From Candidatus Cloacimonadota bacterium (GTDB taxonomy: Bacteria > Cloacimonadota > Cloacimonadia > JGIOTU-2), in the NCBI GenBank assembly GCA_049903315.1, contig JBNGBT010000001.1:288001-352000 (forward strand): DNA of 64,000 nt. Reading direction: 5' to 3'. This document shows, in pieces, positions 49,938-59,959 of this stretch. The notes under the pieces were generated by a model, which was given only the letters and a program-made list of their open reading frames with translations, did not search any database and was not told the origin of the DNA. A program made the translations under genes and the position numbers. Each line of letters starts with the position of its first letter. The stretch's first letter is position 1.

Positions 49938-50698
49938 AATTCATAGACACACACGCTCATCTGCAATTTGATTCCTATGATAGAGACCGGGACGAAGTTA
50001 TACGGCAGGCATTCGCAAAAGGTATAAAAGCAATTATTAATGTAGGAATTGATGAAGCAACCTCAAAACAAGCGATAGGTATTGCCCGGAAATATAGAAA
50101 TCTCTTTGCAACTGCCGGCTGGCATCCGCATGATGCTACATCTTATAATGAAAAAACATTACTGGTATTATTAGAGGATACATCAGTTGTCGCTCTCGGG
50201 GAGATCGGGCTTGATTACTTCAGAAATCTGAGTCCGAAAGATGTGCAAAAAAAAGTATTCGAGGCTCAGCTTAAGATCGCAGTTGAAAAAAAAATACCCA
50301 CGATAATTCATGACAGGAATGCTCACGAAGATGTGTTCAATATGTTAAAAAAATATAAACCGGAGCGTGTGGACTTTCATTGCTTCTCTGGTGATTATAA
50401 TTTCGCCCGGGACGTTCTTGAGCAGGGATGGTTTATATCTTTTACTGGTTCCGTAACCTTTGACAAAGGACATTACCATGGCATCATCCGGGATGTGCCT
50501 GATGACAGATATTTTGTGGAAACCGATGCGCCATTCCTTACTCCATATCCATATCGCGGGAAGAGAAATAGACCGGAATACGTTGAGTATATTATTCAGC
50601 ATATCGCAGAAATCAAGGGTAAGAGTCCAAATGATATAGCCCGTCAAACCACAGAGAACGCAGAGAACTTTTTCTTATTACATAAAAAACTTGATTAG
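49934..50698 (+). CDS. tatD: TatD family hydrolase
   Basis: IDTHAHL, GWHPH, LGEIGLDY, IHDR, HCFSG, ETDAPFL. Confidence 0.95.
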   Translation: MKFIDTHAHLQFDSYDRDRDEVIRQAFAKGIKAIINVGIDEATSKQAIGIARKYRNLFATAGWHPHDATSYNEKTLLVLLEDTSVVALGEIGLDYFRNLSPKDVQKKVFEAQLKIAVEKKIPTIIHDRNAHEDVFNMLKKYKPERVDFHCFSGDYNFARDVLEQGWFISFTGSVTFDKGHYHGIIRDVPDDRYFVETDAPFLTPYPYRGKRNRPEYVEYIIQHIAEIKGKSPNDIARQTTENAENFFLLHKKLD

Positions 50699-50767
50699 AA
50701 TAAAACGAGTAAAATATTTCGAACAAAATATAGATATGAAATTTGAATAAAATTCGTGGAGGAAACA

Positions 50768-50938
50768 ATGGCAGTAAAAATCGATAAAGAAAAGTGTGTT
50801 GCTTGTGGTGTGTGCGTTGATGTATGTCCTACAGAAGCTCTTTCTGTGATAGGCGATTTCGCAGAGTGCGATGCCGATCTATGTGTTGATTGCGGTGCCT
50901 GTATTCCGGAATGCCCAACCGAAGCAATTTCAGAATAA
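50768..50938 (+). CDS. 2x[4Fe-4S] ferredoxin
   Basis: CVACGVCVDVCP and CVDCGACIPECP; RBS GGAGG before ATG 50768. Confidence 0.95.
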   Translation: MAVKIDKEKCVACGVCVDVCPTEALSVIGDFAECDADLCVDCGACIPECPTEAISE

Positions 50939-50958
50939 GTTGCCGAAACATTTGATTT

Positions 50959-50992
50959 GAGCCATTCGTGAAAAGCGGATGGCTTCCTTTTT
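50959..50992 (+). terminator. Probable intrinsic terminator after the ferredoxin gene
   Basis: AGCCATTCG-tgaaaag-CGGATGGCT followed by tccttttt. Confidence 0.6.
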
Positions 50993-50995
50993 ATT

Positions 50996-52435
50996 ATGAA
51001 AAAATATTTTTTGATTTTTGCAATTATCATCACTGCATTGAGTTGTGCAACTACACCTGAGCCGCAGATCACACAAATTGTGCAGAGAGATAGCACTCAT
51101 TACGTGGATCAGATTGATAGCCTGAGGCAGAGGAATTATACTTATCAATTGAAAGTCGATTCTCTATATAAGGAAATTCTCATTCTTAAAGATTCACTCG
51201 CTTATCTGGGCAGCACCACCCGTATAAAAAAACAGATTGATTTTCCTGATACACTCTATTATGCAGGATATGCGTTTGATCTCACGAATGAGCGAATCTT
51301 CCAGAAATTTTATTACTGGTATAAGGCAGAGATCAAATTTGCTTATAAATACATACCTAGAACCACAAAATATTTTCCTGTTATTGAAGAGATTCTTGCC
51401 GAATACGGACTTGATGATGATATCAAATATCTTGCAGTAGCAGAGAGCTATCTGAGTCCGCTTGCTCAATCTTCAGCAGGGGCAACCGGATTCTGGCAGT
51501 TTATGAAGTCCACTGCGGAATATTATGATATTGAGATGAACCAGTTCGTTGACCAGCGCAGGGATATTTTTGCTTCCACAAAAGCAGCATGCGAGTATCT
51601 GAGCTGGAGCTTGAAAGCGCTTACAAAAAAAGGTGCGCCCGATATTCTCCTGGCGATCTGTGCATTTAACTCCGGCTTGAGTAACATCACAAAAGCCATT
51701 GATGAACAGGGTGGTAATGATTTTTTTAGCTTAATACAAAGAAAATCCGAAACTGATGACTATGTGTGGCGCACTCTTGCGATGAAATATATTATTGAAA
51801 ATGAGACTCAGATCTTCACCAAGCTATTTGATAAAGAGCCCAGTATCCATGAGACCTGCCGCATTGTTCCTTTAGTTTTAGAGGGACATTACAAACTCGA
51901 TGCCTGGGCACAAGCACAGGGAACAGTTATTCGAGAGGTATGGGAGCTGAATCCATGGCTAAAAATCTATAAGAGAAATAATTACACGCATTCACCAGTG
52001 AATGACGTGGTAGTAAGCCCGGGAGATTTTACAGTTCTTGTTCCGAAGAATTCAATTCCAAATAAAGATGAAGTCGCTCGTATTGAACGGCAGTTTTTGG
52101 AAGAGAATAATGGGTATTTTACTGAGCATGTGGTGAAAAGCGGTGAGAACCTTTGGGTAATTGCTTCCCGCTATAATACTTCTGTGTCGAATCTTATGAG
52201 TATAAATGGGTTAACATCTGCAACAATATATCCGGGGCAAAAATTAAATCTGATCTCTTTGAAGACCAACCCGGAAAAATATTATGTGGTGAAAAAAGGG
52301 GACACGCTTTCCTCGATCTCATCGAAGCTTGGTGTTGCATCGGAAAAATTGATCCAGATGAATGACCTCGAGTCAAAGATGAGTAATGGACAGAATATTG
52401 TGCTTATCTATCCGGGACAGAAATTGTATTATTAG
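50996..52435 (+). CDS. MltD-like lytic transglycosylase lipoprotein (SLT + 2 LysM)
   Basis: ALSC lipobox; YLAVAES, SSAGATGFWQFM; HVVKSGENLW and YVVKKGDTL LysM. Confidence 0.9.
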   Translation: MKKYFLIFAIIITALSCATTPEPQITQIVQRDSTHYVDQIDSLRQRNYTYQLKVDSLYKEILILKDSLAYLGSTTRIKKQIDFPDTLYYAGYAFDLTNERIFQKFYYWYKAEIKFAYKYIPRTTKYFPVIEEILAEYGLDDDIKYLAVAESYLSPLAQSSAGATGFWQFMKSTAEYYDIEMNQFVDQRRDIFASTKAACEYLSWSLKALTKKGAPDILLAICAFNSGLSNITKAIDEQGGNDFFSLIQRKSETDDYVWRTLAMKYIIENETQIFTKLFDKEPSIHETCRIVPLVLEGHYKLDAWAQAQGTVIREVWELNPWLKIYKRNNYTHSPVNDVVVSPGDFTVLVPKNSIPNKDEVARIERQFLEENNGYFTEHVVKSGENLWVIASRYNTSVSNLMSINGLTSATIYPGQKLNLISLKTNPEKYYVVKKGDTLSSISSKLGVASEKLIQMNDLESKMSNGQNIVLIYPGQKLYY

Positions 52436-52507
52436 TTTTTTTTCTCTATGACCACTGTCGCTAGTGCAAAGCGAAAAGAAAACTGGTGGCTAATATTTAT
52501 TATCAAA

Positions 52508-53623
52508 CTACGAAATAGGCATCTCGTAAATTCTATATTTCTTATATAGCTTACCACCTACTTTTTCATCAAACTGGTTAATGAGATCATTATCTTCGAG
52601 ATTCCATGACATTTCACACCATTCATATCCACGCTTCAAACCTGCTTGCTCTGTTTCGTGATAGAGAAGTGCTGGCAGTCCGAATCTGCGGTATTTCTGT
52701 TTAAATCCAAAAACAATCGCACGAGTGCCTGTGATTTTACGTTTGTAGCGCAAAAACTTAATGATCCCAATCAAATCCAACTTTCCTTTCAGCTTTTGGA
52801 AAATAGGATTGTAGTCCGGCAGTGTAATAGATACCCCAGCCGGATCGTCACCATAATATGCAAACCATACAAGGTGGTCATCAGCGATCTTTTTGAGTTC
52901 ATCAACCATGAGGTCGAACTCTTTGTCCGTCATAGGAGAAAAACCCCAGTTCTTTTGCCAACTTTCGTTGTAAAGCTCCTTGATAATATGGGCTTCTTCT
53001 TTGATGCGCTTTATATTCACATGCCTTGTAGATATCTTGGGATTATTCTTCAGCCGATCAACTGCTGTCTGGATTTGAGGGGATGGCGGGGTTTTATTAG
53101 ATTTATGAAAAGCATAGAGGTCTTTTCCCTTTTTAAGACCATATTTCTCTGAAAGAGTAAGATAATAGGGGGGATTGTAGGGCATCATCATAACAGGCGG
53201 GGAATCATATCCTTCCAGAAGAAAAGCACATTCATCATTTTGCGAAGGGCTGAGCGGACCGCGCATATACTCCGCACCGTGCTCCTTGAGCCAGGTATAG
53301 GCTGCATCAAAAAGAGCTTTGGCTACATCGAAGTCATTAATTGATTCAAAGAAGCCAAAGGCGCCCATGTGTTCGTCCCAGAGTTCATTATAATTATAAT
53401 CAATGACTGCGCCGATCCTTCCGACAACTTCTCCATCCTTTTTGGCCAGAAATACTTCCCTGATTGCATGTTCCCAGAAAGGATGCTTCTCTGTATTGAG
53501 TTTAAAAAACATGTCTTTTTTCAGCGGTGGAACCCAATTTTTGTCATTCTTATATAACCTGAAAGGAAGGTCTATGAAATCCTTCCAATCTTTTTTTGTT
53601 GCGACCTTTGTTACTGTGATCAT
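52508..53623 (-). CDS. YghO-like GNAT-fold protein
   Basis: WVPPL, HPFW, VGRI, FGFFES, MPYNPPYY, NWGFSPMT, EMSWNLEDN. Confidence 0.85.
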   Translation of the reverse strand: MITVTKVATKKDWKDFIDLPFRLYKNDKNWVPPLKKDMFFKLNTEKHPFWEHAIREVFLAKKDGEVVGRIGAVIDYNYNELWDEHMGAFGFFESINDFDVAKALFDAAYTWLKEHGAEYMRGPLSPSQNDECAFLLEGYDSPPVMMMPYNPPYYLTLSEKYGLKKGKDLYAFHKSNKTPPSPQIQTAVDRLKNNPKISTRHVNIKRIKEEAHIIKELYNESWQKNWGFSPMTDKEFDLMVDELKKIADDHLVWFAYYGDDPAGVSITLPDYNPIFQKLKGKLDLIGIIKFLRYKRKITGTRAIVFGFKQKYRRFGLPALLYHETEQAGLKRGYEWCEMSWNLEDNDLINQFDEKVGGKLYKKYRIYEMPIS

Positions 53624-53624
53624 A

Positions 53625-54836
53625 TTAGTTTCCTTGTGGTTCAATTGCTATCAGCACACCATACAGATCTTCGTGTACGAGTACTGGAATAAACATTATT
53701 CTTCCTTCACCTCCCTCAAATAAGGGAGCTTGAATGATATTCTCCTGCTTTGAGGTCATGACCTGTTCAAGCGCAGTGTCAAACGATTTATTCAGATTTT
53801 GAGAAGTGGAGTATCCGATTGAGGAATTGCATGGAGGCCAGCCGTTTATTATGGTTCCTGAAGTATCTGCTAGTTGGACGGAATATACATCAGGATTCTG
53901 CTCATAAATATGTTTCAGTAGTTTCTCGATCTCTTCGAATTGTTTATCGATGATAGGATCAATAAGCGTGTCCTGTATCGCATAACTGCGCAAAGTTGAA
54001 AGCAAGTACACATTTTCGGATCGCTTAATTGTGCTTTTAACGAGATTGCGGACGAGTGTGATATAAAATATTTCATTATATACCCGGATCGTATTCCATG
54101 CATAGATCTTCCTCAGAGAGCTCGATTCATCTTCAATGTTGGTTATAAAATAATCATTGGCATTTTCCGTCATTATATTATAAAGATTCTTCAATGCAAC
54201 ATCATATTCGTTCGAGTTCATTTTTGTGAGAAAATCCTTACCGATTCTCATCGGATCGGAATCATACACCACATCCTGTTGATCATTTATCACAATAAGC
54301 GAATAGGGGTAGGGTACGATATGTTCCTGTTCTATTTTTGAAAAGAGAATCGCAGTATTGACCAGAACGATCAATATATTTCGTTCATCTTGTACATCCG
54401 TGCTTGTCGGTAGAGTGATACAGATGTGGACATCAGTATTTTTATGAAGAGAGTGCCCGATAAAGGGTTCGGTAATTGCAGAGATATTTTTTCTGTTTTG
54501 ATTGGTAAGACAGTTCTCTGTAACATCATCAGTAGATACAGAAGCAGGATATTTTTTTATGAGCTCGAGGTCATTGTCATAAAGGAACAAAGCAGAAATT
54601 TCCGGATATTGTGCTGAGAGAAGCTGAAAATTTTGATTGGTTACTTCAGAAGATCTATGAACGGTCTCGAGCAGTGAGTTCATGAGAGATGTGATATATG
54701 ACGATATCTTTTCTGATACAGAAATGGTTACGGCTTCCTGTTTTTCTCTCTGTGCTTTTTCAAATTTCGAGGTACAACCCGAAAAGAGGATCAAGAAGCA
54801 GATCACAATAAAAAAATAACGAATAAATTTAACCAT
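53625..54836 (-). CDS. Lipoprotein with Cache/PDC-like sensor domains and no output domain
   Basis: LFSGC lipobox; IVINDQQDVVYDSDP..IGKD, QLADTSGTIINGWP, FIPVLVHEDLYGVL. Confidence 0.6.
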   Translation of the reverse strand: MVKFIRYFFIVICFLILFSGCTSKFEKAQREKQEAVTISVSEKISSYITSLMNSLLETVHRSSEVTNQNFQLLSAQYPEISALFLYDNDLELIKKYPASVSTDDVTENCLTNQNRKNISAITEPFIGHSLHKNTDVHICITLPTSTDVQDERNILIVLVNTAILFSKIEQEHIVPYPYSLIVINDQQDVVYDSDPMRIGKDFLTKMNSNEYDVALKNLYNIMTENANDYFITNIEDESSSLRKIYAWNTIRVYNEIFYITLVRNLVKSTIKRSENVYLLSTLRSYAIQDTLIDPIIDKQFEEIEKLLKHIYEQNPDVYSVQLADTSGTIINGWPPCNSSIGYSTSQNLNKSFDTALEQVMTSKQENIIQAPLFEGGEGRIMFIPVLVHEDLYGVLIAIEPQGN

Positions 54837-55704
54837 CTTCGTCACTCAAATTTTCATCATACGTGCTGTCAAACTTTCTGTTGCTGAATAGGCGCATGAT
54901 CTCGGTCGCTGCTTCTTCGATGGATTTTGACGTCACATCTACAATTTTCCACTTATGTTTGTTGTATATTTGCATACATTCTTTGAGTTCTTTTTTGATA
55001 AGTTCGAGATCAACATATTTTGAGAGCTGGATATGCTTATACCTGCTCGCCCGTACTTCTCTGATCGTTTTCAAACGGTTTGGAGATATTGTTAATCCGA
55101 CAACTTTATTATGATCTACCTGGAAGAGTTCATCAGGAAGATCAAGACCAAAGATCAAGGGAATATTTGCGATCTTGTAATCCCTGTATGCAAGATAGAT
55201 ACTGATCGGGGTTTTTGAAGTTCTGCTGGGACCGACAATTATAATATCTGCTTTGTACAGGTCAGTTAACTTCTTTCCGTCGTCGTGTTTTACTGCAAAA
55301 TCTATACACTCGATGCGTTGGTAATAGTTTTTATCCAGACTGCGGAACATGCCGGGAACAGCCATGGGGGATATCTCAAGATAATCTGTGAATCTGCTCA
55401 GAAGGGGACCCATCACATCGATCGCGGGAACAGCCCACTTTCTTCCTTCATCAAAAATAAGATCCCGTAGCTCGTTGGATACGAGTGTATACGCAATGAT
55501 GCCGTCAACTGCCATCACTTCCTGAACCACATCCCTGATTTCCTTTTCTGTTCTCACGTAGCGAACTCGATGAAGGTGTATGTCCGTTGTCCGGAATTGG
55601 CTGAGTGCTGCTTTGACCACCATTTCGCAGGTGGAGCCGGTCGCATCAGAGATAATAAAGATGTGCCGGATTTTTTTCGATTTACTGTTCTTGATTGAGA
55701 TCAT
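54829..55704 (-). CDS. ppsR: PEP synthase/PPDK regulatory kinase-pyrophosphorylase
   Basis: ISDATGST, IDFAVKHDDG, VGPSRTSKTP, ANIPL, SIEEAA. Confidence 0.93.
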   Translation of the reverse strand: MISIKNSKSKKIRHIFIISDATGSTCEMVVKAALSQFRTTDIHLHRVRYVRTEKEIRDVVQEVMAVDGIIAYTLVSNELRDLIFDEGRKWAVPAIDVMGPLLSRFTDYLEISPMAVPGMFRSLDKNYYQRIECIDFAVKHDDGKKLTDLYKADIIIVGPSRTSKTPISIYLAYRDYKIANIPLIFGLDLPDELFQVDHNKVVGLTISPNRLKTIREVRASRYKHIQLSKYVDLELIKKELKECMQIYNKHKWKIVDVTSKSIEEAATEIMRLFSNRKFDSTYDENLSDEDG

Positions 55705-56350
55705 AATTATAAAACTTACATTTTTTTAATAAGACACACTTTAAACAGTGGGGATTTTTCTGGCAACTTTCTTTTGCGTGTCGCACAAGAAGTGCATGAA
55801 ATTCGTTATATAATTCTACAGTCTTTTGAAGATTATCCATGAAGAAATTTTGTGCTTCATCATACGAAATGTTCTCAAGGAAAAAACCCAATCTTTGGAA
55901 TATTCTTTTTGTGTAGGCATCGATAACAAAGACGGGTTTTCCAAAAGCATAAAGGAGTATTGAGTCCGCAGTTTCCGGACCGATTCCTTTCAGTCCCAGT
56001 AATTCTGCACGCATTTCATCTATGGTGAGAACGCAAAAACTCTGCATTCCGTTCTTGAGGAGGTGTTGAGCAATTTCTTGCAGGCGAAGCGCTTTTTGGT
56101 TGTAGTATCCGGAAGGACGTATGTTTTGGGCGATTTTTGGGACATCTGCTTTTGCTAAATTTTCAAGGGTGATCAGATTATTAATTTTGAGATTTTCGAT
56201 TGCTTTTTCGACGTTTTTCCAGTTCGTATTTTGGGTAAGGATCGCTCCGATGATGATCTCGTCCCGGGTTTCTCCGGGCCACCAATGCTGAGGTCCGTAA
56301 CGATCATACAAAAGATCGTAGATCTCGATCAACTCCCGCATAATGTTCAT
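55682..56350 (-). CDS. Endonuclease III-related HhH-GPD DNA glycosylase
   Basis: GPQHWWP, GAILTQNTNW, RPSGYYNQKA, KGIGPETADSILLYA, C-terminal Cys cluster. Confidence 0.92.
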   Translation of the reverse strand: MNIMRELIEIYDLLYDRYGPQHWWPGETRDEIIIGAILTQNTNWKNVEKAIENLKINNLITLENLAKADVPKIAQNIRPSGYYNQKALRLQEIAQHLLKNGMQSFCVLTIDEMRAELLGLKGIGPETADSILLYAFGKPVFVIDAYTKRIFQRLGFFLENISYDEAQNFFMDNLQKTVELYNEFHALLVRHAKESCQKNPHCLKCVLLKKCKFYNYDLNQEQ

Positions 56351-56460
56351 TTAAGAATTTTCTTAAGATCCTCCATCGCTTCAATATACTCCTCTATCCC
56401 TGAACTGTGCTTGCCATTTGTGGTCTGTGATCCATTGATGATTAGTGCATTTTTATACAT
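56347..56460 (-). CDS. Possible 37-aa ORF coupled to the endonuclease III-like gene
   Basis: MYKNALIINGSQTTNGKHSSGIEEYIEAMEDLKKILK; stop overlaps the next ATG (ATGA). Confidence 0.35.
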   Translation of the reverse strand: MYKNALIINGSQTTNGKHSSGIEEYIEAMEDLKKILK

Positions 56461-56660
56461 ATGGATTGTCGTCAAATTGAATTCATTTTGTGTCAAGATT
56501 TAGCGCTTAGAGTATATTATGTCTCCATATTGTCCTCATTTGGAAGACAGGGAAGGACTTACTTTACAGCAATCATACTGAATCATGATGGACCACTCCA
56601 TGAAATGATTTCTTGATTTAAGGTTAGAGATTGCAGGTGTGAGATTTTTGAAGTGCAATC

Positions 56661-56717
56661 GTTGCGAAGGTTTAACTTGTACGCCTACTTGTGGAAAGAA
56701 ATCATTCGCAAGGTTTA
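56661..56717. repeat. TTGCGAAGGTTT...TTCGCAAGGTTT REP just after the T9SS cargo stop codon
   Basis: gttgcgaaggttta...attcgcaaggttta; same family as 38530-38561. Confidence 0.55.
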
Positions 56718-56723
56718 GGTATA

Positions 56724-59114
56724 TTATCGTAACTTCACGACCTTCCCGAAATGTTCATCGTTATTATTTATTTTATAGAAATATACACCCGTGCCCAATT
56801 CGTTGCCATTAGCATCCTTTCCATCCCATGTTGCTTCGAGAAAGCGGGGAAGCGAAGAAGCGCCAGAAGAAATTTCTAAATCCGATCCGCCAGCTGGCGG
56901 ACTAATGTCTAATTCTCTGACAAGTTGTCCTTTTATATTATAAATTTTGATTCGTGCTAATTCGTGTAAATTCGTGGTTAATGAAAACGATAACGTTGTC
57001 GATGTAGAGAAGGGATTAGGGTAGGAGGATAATGAAATTTCATTATTGTATATATTTTCATCATCGATCGATGTATTTATATTGTAAGAATAGATTGAAG
57101 CACACTCTTTTTGCGTGCTGATAAAATATGTATTGTTGTCTTGTGCATAAAAATTTAAAAGAGGACCCCAACTATTAAAATTGATATATTCAAAACTTTC
57201 AAGGTAACCTGAAGGATTACCGGATACATCAAATAAACCTAAAGAAAACTCATATACTTGAAACAGAATATCATCATTAATAAAGCTTGAATACAGAAAT
57301 GAGTTTTCTGTCGAAAATTGTTCTGTTAACTGAAAAGGGGTTTCAAATATATAGAATTTATCAAAGTTATCTGTGATATATGCATTGGTGTGTAAATAAT
57401 TACCAACCTTATTCATCAAAATGTGATAATTGGGACCAAAATTAGAAATTGTTTGCGCGAGGTCGGGCTCATTGTCTTCAAATCCTCCATAGATATACAA
57501 ATTTTGATAAGGTGAAGCGCTATCAAGTACATAGAAATACCCATCGTTAAATAGACCCTTGCCATTTGAAATATATGTTAACGCGTAGTCAAATAGTATT
57601 TCCGGGGTTGCCGGATCGGACATATCGTATTTTACTATTTTTTGATATGGACCAAACCACCACCAATAAAAGCAATATAACATATCCGGCTCATCTTCAT
57701 TAATAATAAGAACAGGGATCCCGAATCCACCCTCTGCTTCAAAATCAGATTGCAAAATTGGCTCATGAGGATTTGAAATATTATATAAACAGACTTTTAT
57801 TTCATTATTTCTATTAACATACGCGCTATACATTCTGTTCCCAATAAACTTGCTCCCGTAGGTTCTGCAACTGTCCAATAGTATTTTTTTAAGTTTCGGC
57901 ATATCAGTATTGGACAAATCATAGACATAAATGCCATCATTTACCATAGGAATAAAAAGATAATCATCATAGATACTAATATATTTATATCCTAATTGGT
58001 GGTTTGGATGTGTTTGTTCGTTATTTATAAATACCATTGTGCCATCATAAAAAGAGTATTTGAAAATTCCGGAATCGGGTGTGCCCCAGTATAACAAATT
58101 ATTATAGTATTTGATATTTGAATTTGTAATATATGAGGTGAGTCCTGAAAAGTTTTGCTGTTCTTCGGAGAGAGGACAAAAGGAACTAAAACATGGATTT
58201 GTAATATCGGTAATATCCACTACTTCTATTCCATCTGGTGGTTGTGGAATGATAATATAATTATCAAATCTGGTAAAATCTGCCCATTTACCGTACGATG
58301 TATAGGTATAATAATCTGTAATAAAATACCAATTATGAATATCGGATATATCCCAAAGTGCTAATGCTTCATCGCCTAATATTCCAACCGTAGTGCTGTC
58401 GATTTGCTGAATATAATTATATGTTGTAATAACAGAAGGAGTGTTGGTAAGATTGATCGTTGCTTCTATGAAAATGTTATTAATATCTGTTATGTTATAT
58501 ATTTCATAAAGAAGACTTCCATTACGAGAGGTCATGAAAAGAGAATCATTAATAGGGTAGGTTTGACAGCATATAGGCAGAGAATTAATTTCCTCAAAAT
58601 TTTCATGGTCAAGAACCAATAATGTGCCTGAAAATGAATTCTCATTATATTCACGACACATTAAATTGTCATTATAGAAGCCCAATTGATAAATTACTGA
58701 GTCATCAAAAAACAGCGAATCAACAATTATGGGATTATCAGGAGTTGTGACATCGATCTTGTATAAATAGGATCCTAAGAACAGAGACCAGGTTTGACTT
58801 GTTGTCGATGCTATATACACGAAGTTATCCTTTTTAGTAATCATATCTGTCATTCCAATAAAACCAATCGTCGCAATTCTTTCCAGGTTGCCTGTTGCAT
58901 TATCTATGCTTTGTATTTCAAGCCCATATCTGTTAACAATATACATATATGAGGAATCAATAATGATTCTATCATCTCCGCAATAATTTCCTCCAATTGC
59001 AAAATCGTTGATCTTTTCATAATTGAATTCAATAGCATATAAAAATTCTGGTAATATAAGTATAAAGAGGGTAAAAATAATTAATAAATTTATTTGTTTA
59101 TAGTGTTTAATCAT
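56724..59114 (-). CDS. Secreted LVIVD-repeat (beta-propeller) protein with FlgD/T9SS CTD
   Basis: Signal peptide; IDVTTPDNP, GIEVVDITDITNP, IYVYDLSNTDMP, YNISNPHEP; YPNPF..IYNIKGQLV..WDGKD..GVYFYK. Confidence 0.85.
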   Translation of the reverse strand: MIKHYKQINLLIIFTLFILILPEFLYAIEFNYEKINDFAIGGNYCGDDRIIIDSSYMYIVNRYGLEIQSIDNATGNLERIATIGFIGMTDMITKKDNFVYIASTTSQTWSLFLGSYLYKIDVTTPDNPIIVDSLFFDDSVIYQLGFYNDNLMCREYNENSFSGTLLVLDHENFEEINSLPICCQTYPINDSLFMTSRNGSLLYEIYNITDINNIFIEATINLTNTPSVITTYNYIQQIDSTTVGILGDEALALWDISDIHNWYFITDYYTYTSYGKWADFTRFDNYIIIPQPPDGIEVVDITDITNPCFSSFCPLSEEQQNFSGLTSYITNSNIKYYNNLLYWGTPDSGIFKYSFYDGTMVFINNEQTHPNHQLGYKYISIYDDYLFIPMVNDGIYVYDLSNTDMPKLKKILLDSCRTYGSKFIGNRMYSAYVNRNNEIKVCLYNISNPHEPILQSDFEAEGGFGIPVLIINEDEPDMLYCFYWWWFGPYQKIVKYDMSDPATPEILFDYALTYISNGKGLFNDGYFYVLDSASPYQNLYIYGGFEDNEPDLAQTISNFGPNYHILMNKVGNYLHTNAYITDNFDKFYIFETPFQLTEQFSTENSFLYSSFINDDILFQVYEFSLGLFDVSGNPSGYLESFEYINFNSWGPLLNFYAQDNNTYFISTQKECASIYSYNINTSIDDENIYNNEISLSSYPNPFSTSTTLSFSLTTNLHELARIKIYNIKGQLVRELDISPPAGGSDLEISSGASSLPRFLEATWDGKDANGNELGTGVYFYKINNNDEHFGKVVKLR

Positions 59115-59140
59115 ATTATACTCCTAAAATGTAATATTAT

Positions 59141-59166
59141 GGGGCAGAAGCAAAAACTTCTGCCCC
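59141..59166. terminator. Strong hairpin between the small secreted gene and the T9SS cargo gene
   Basis: GGGGCAGAAG-caaaaa-CTTCTGCCCC perfect 10-bp stem; poor U tract on the minus strand. Confidence 0.6.
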
Positions 59167-59175
59167 GAGGATATT

Positions 59176-59556
59176 TTATTGGTTAGGAGGTTCGGGCTCT
59201 CCCGGATCGGGCTCTTGACCAGTGGTTGGCAAATAGAGATGAACCGTGGTAAAAGGTGAAATGCCGCCAACTTCAGAATCTGAGCGATCACCTTGTTCTG
59301 CCGTTAATGACCATATTGGATACTCTTGAGAACAGTAAATATCTGGAAATGATTCTGTATAATAGCCAGTACCTGTTTCCGGAGTTTTTGAATCATATAG
59401 ATATGGTTGTTGTTCAGGGGTGTCTTGCCTGTATAGGTAAAGCGTTGGACCGCTCTTTAATACACCATGAACATATACATCTACTGATTGAGCCAATAAA
59501 TTTCCACCAATGAATAGTGTCGCTAATATCGCGAGTATCGCAATTTTTTTAAACAT
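59176..59556 (-). CDS. Small secreted protein with Pro-rich C-terminus
   Basis: Signal peptide ending LLA-Q; tail EPDPGEPEPPNQ; RBS GAGG. Confidence 0.8.
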   Translation of the reverse strand: MFKKIAILAILATLFIGGNLLAQSVDVYVHGVLKSGPTLYLYRQDTPEQQPYLYDSKTPETGTGYYTESFPDIYCSQEYPIWSLTAEQGDRSDSEVGGISPFTTVHLYLPTTGQEPDPGEPEPPNQ

Positions 59557-59959
59557 CGTTTTTACCTCTTAATTATTTTATTCCTTTATTCTACGTTTCC
59601 CCCTTTACTACAAAGGTAATTCGTAAAGGAGTATTCCCGGCAGTCTCAATAATCCATTTCATAATTTCCTTTCTACCATGTTCGAATTTCTTGTCAATAA
59701 GAAAACCTATCTGTTTTGGGAAGAACGATAGATAGGTCTGGTCAGGTGAATTTAGTTTTATGTATACATGTATTCAGGAAATGTAAACATTCCATTTTTA
59801 TTATTTTGCCCTTGCTTAATAATTTCATGCTACTATCCCCAAACCATGGTATTTCATGGCATACCTCAATTACTACGAACCAACTAAGTTGGATTCTGCT
59901 GCAGAACATCATTATCAAAATCTTCAACGTTTCATGGAGCCGGAGAAAACTCCCGCTAA

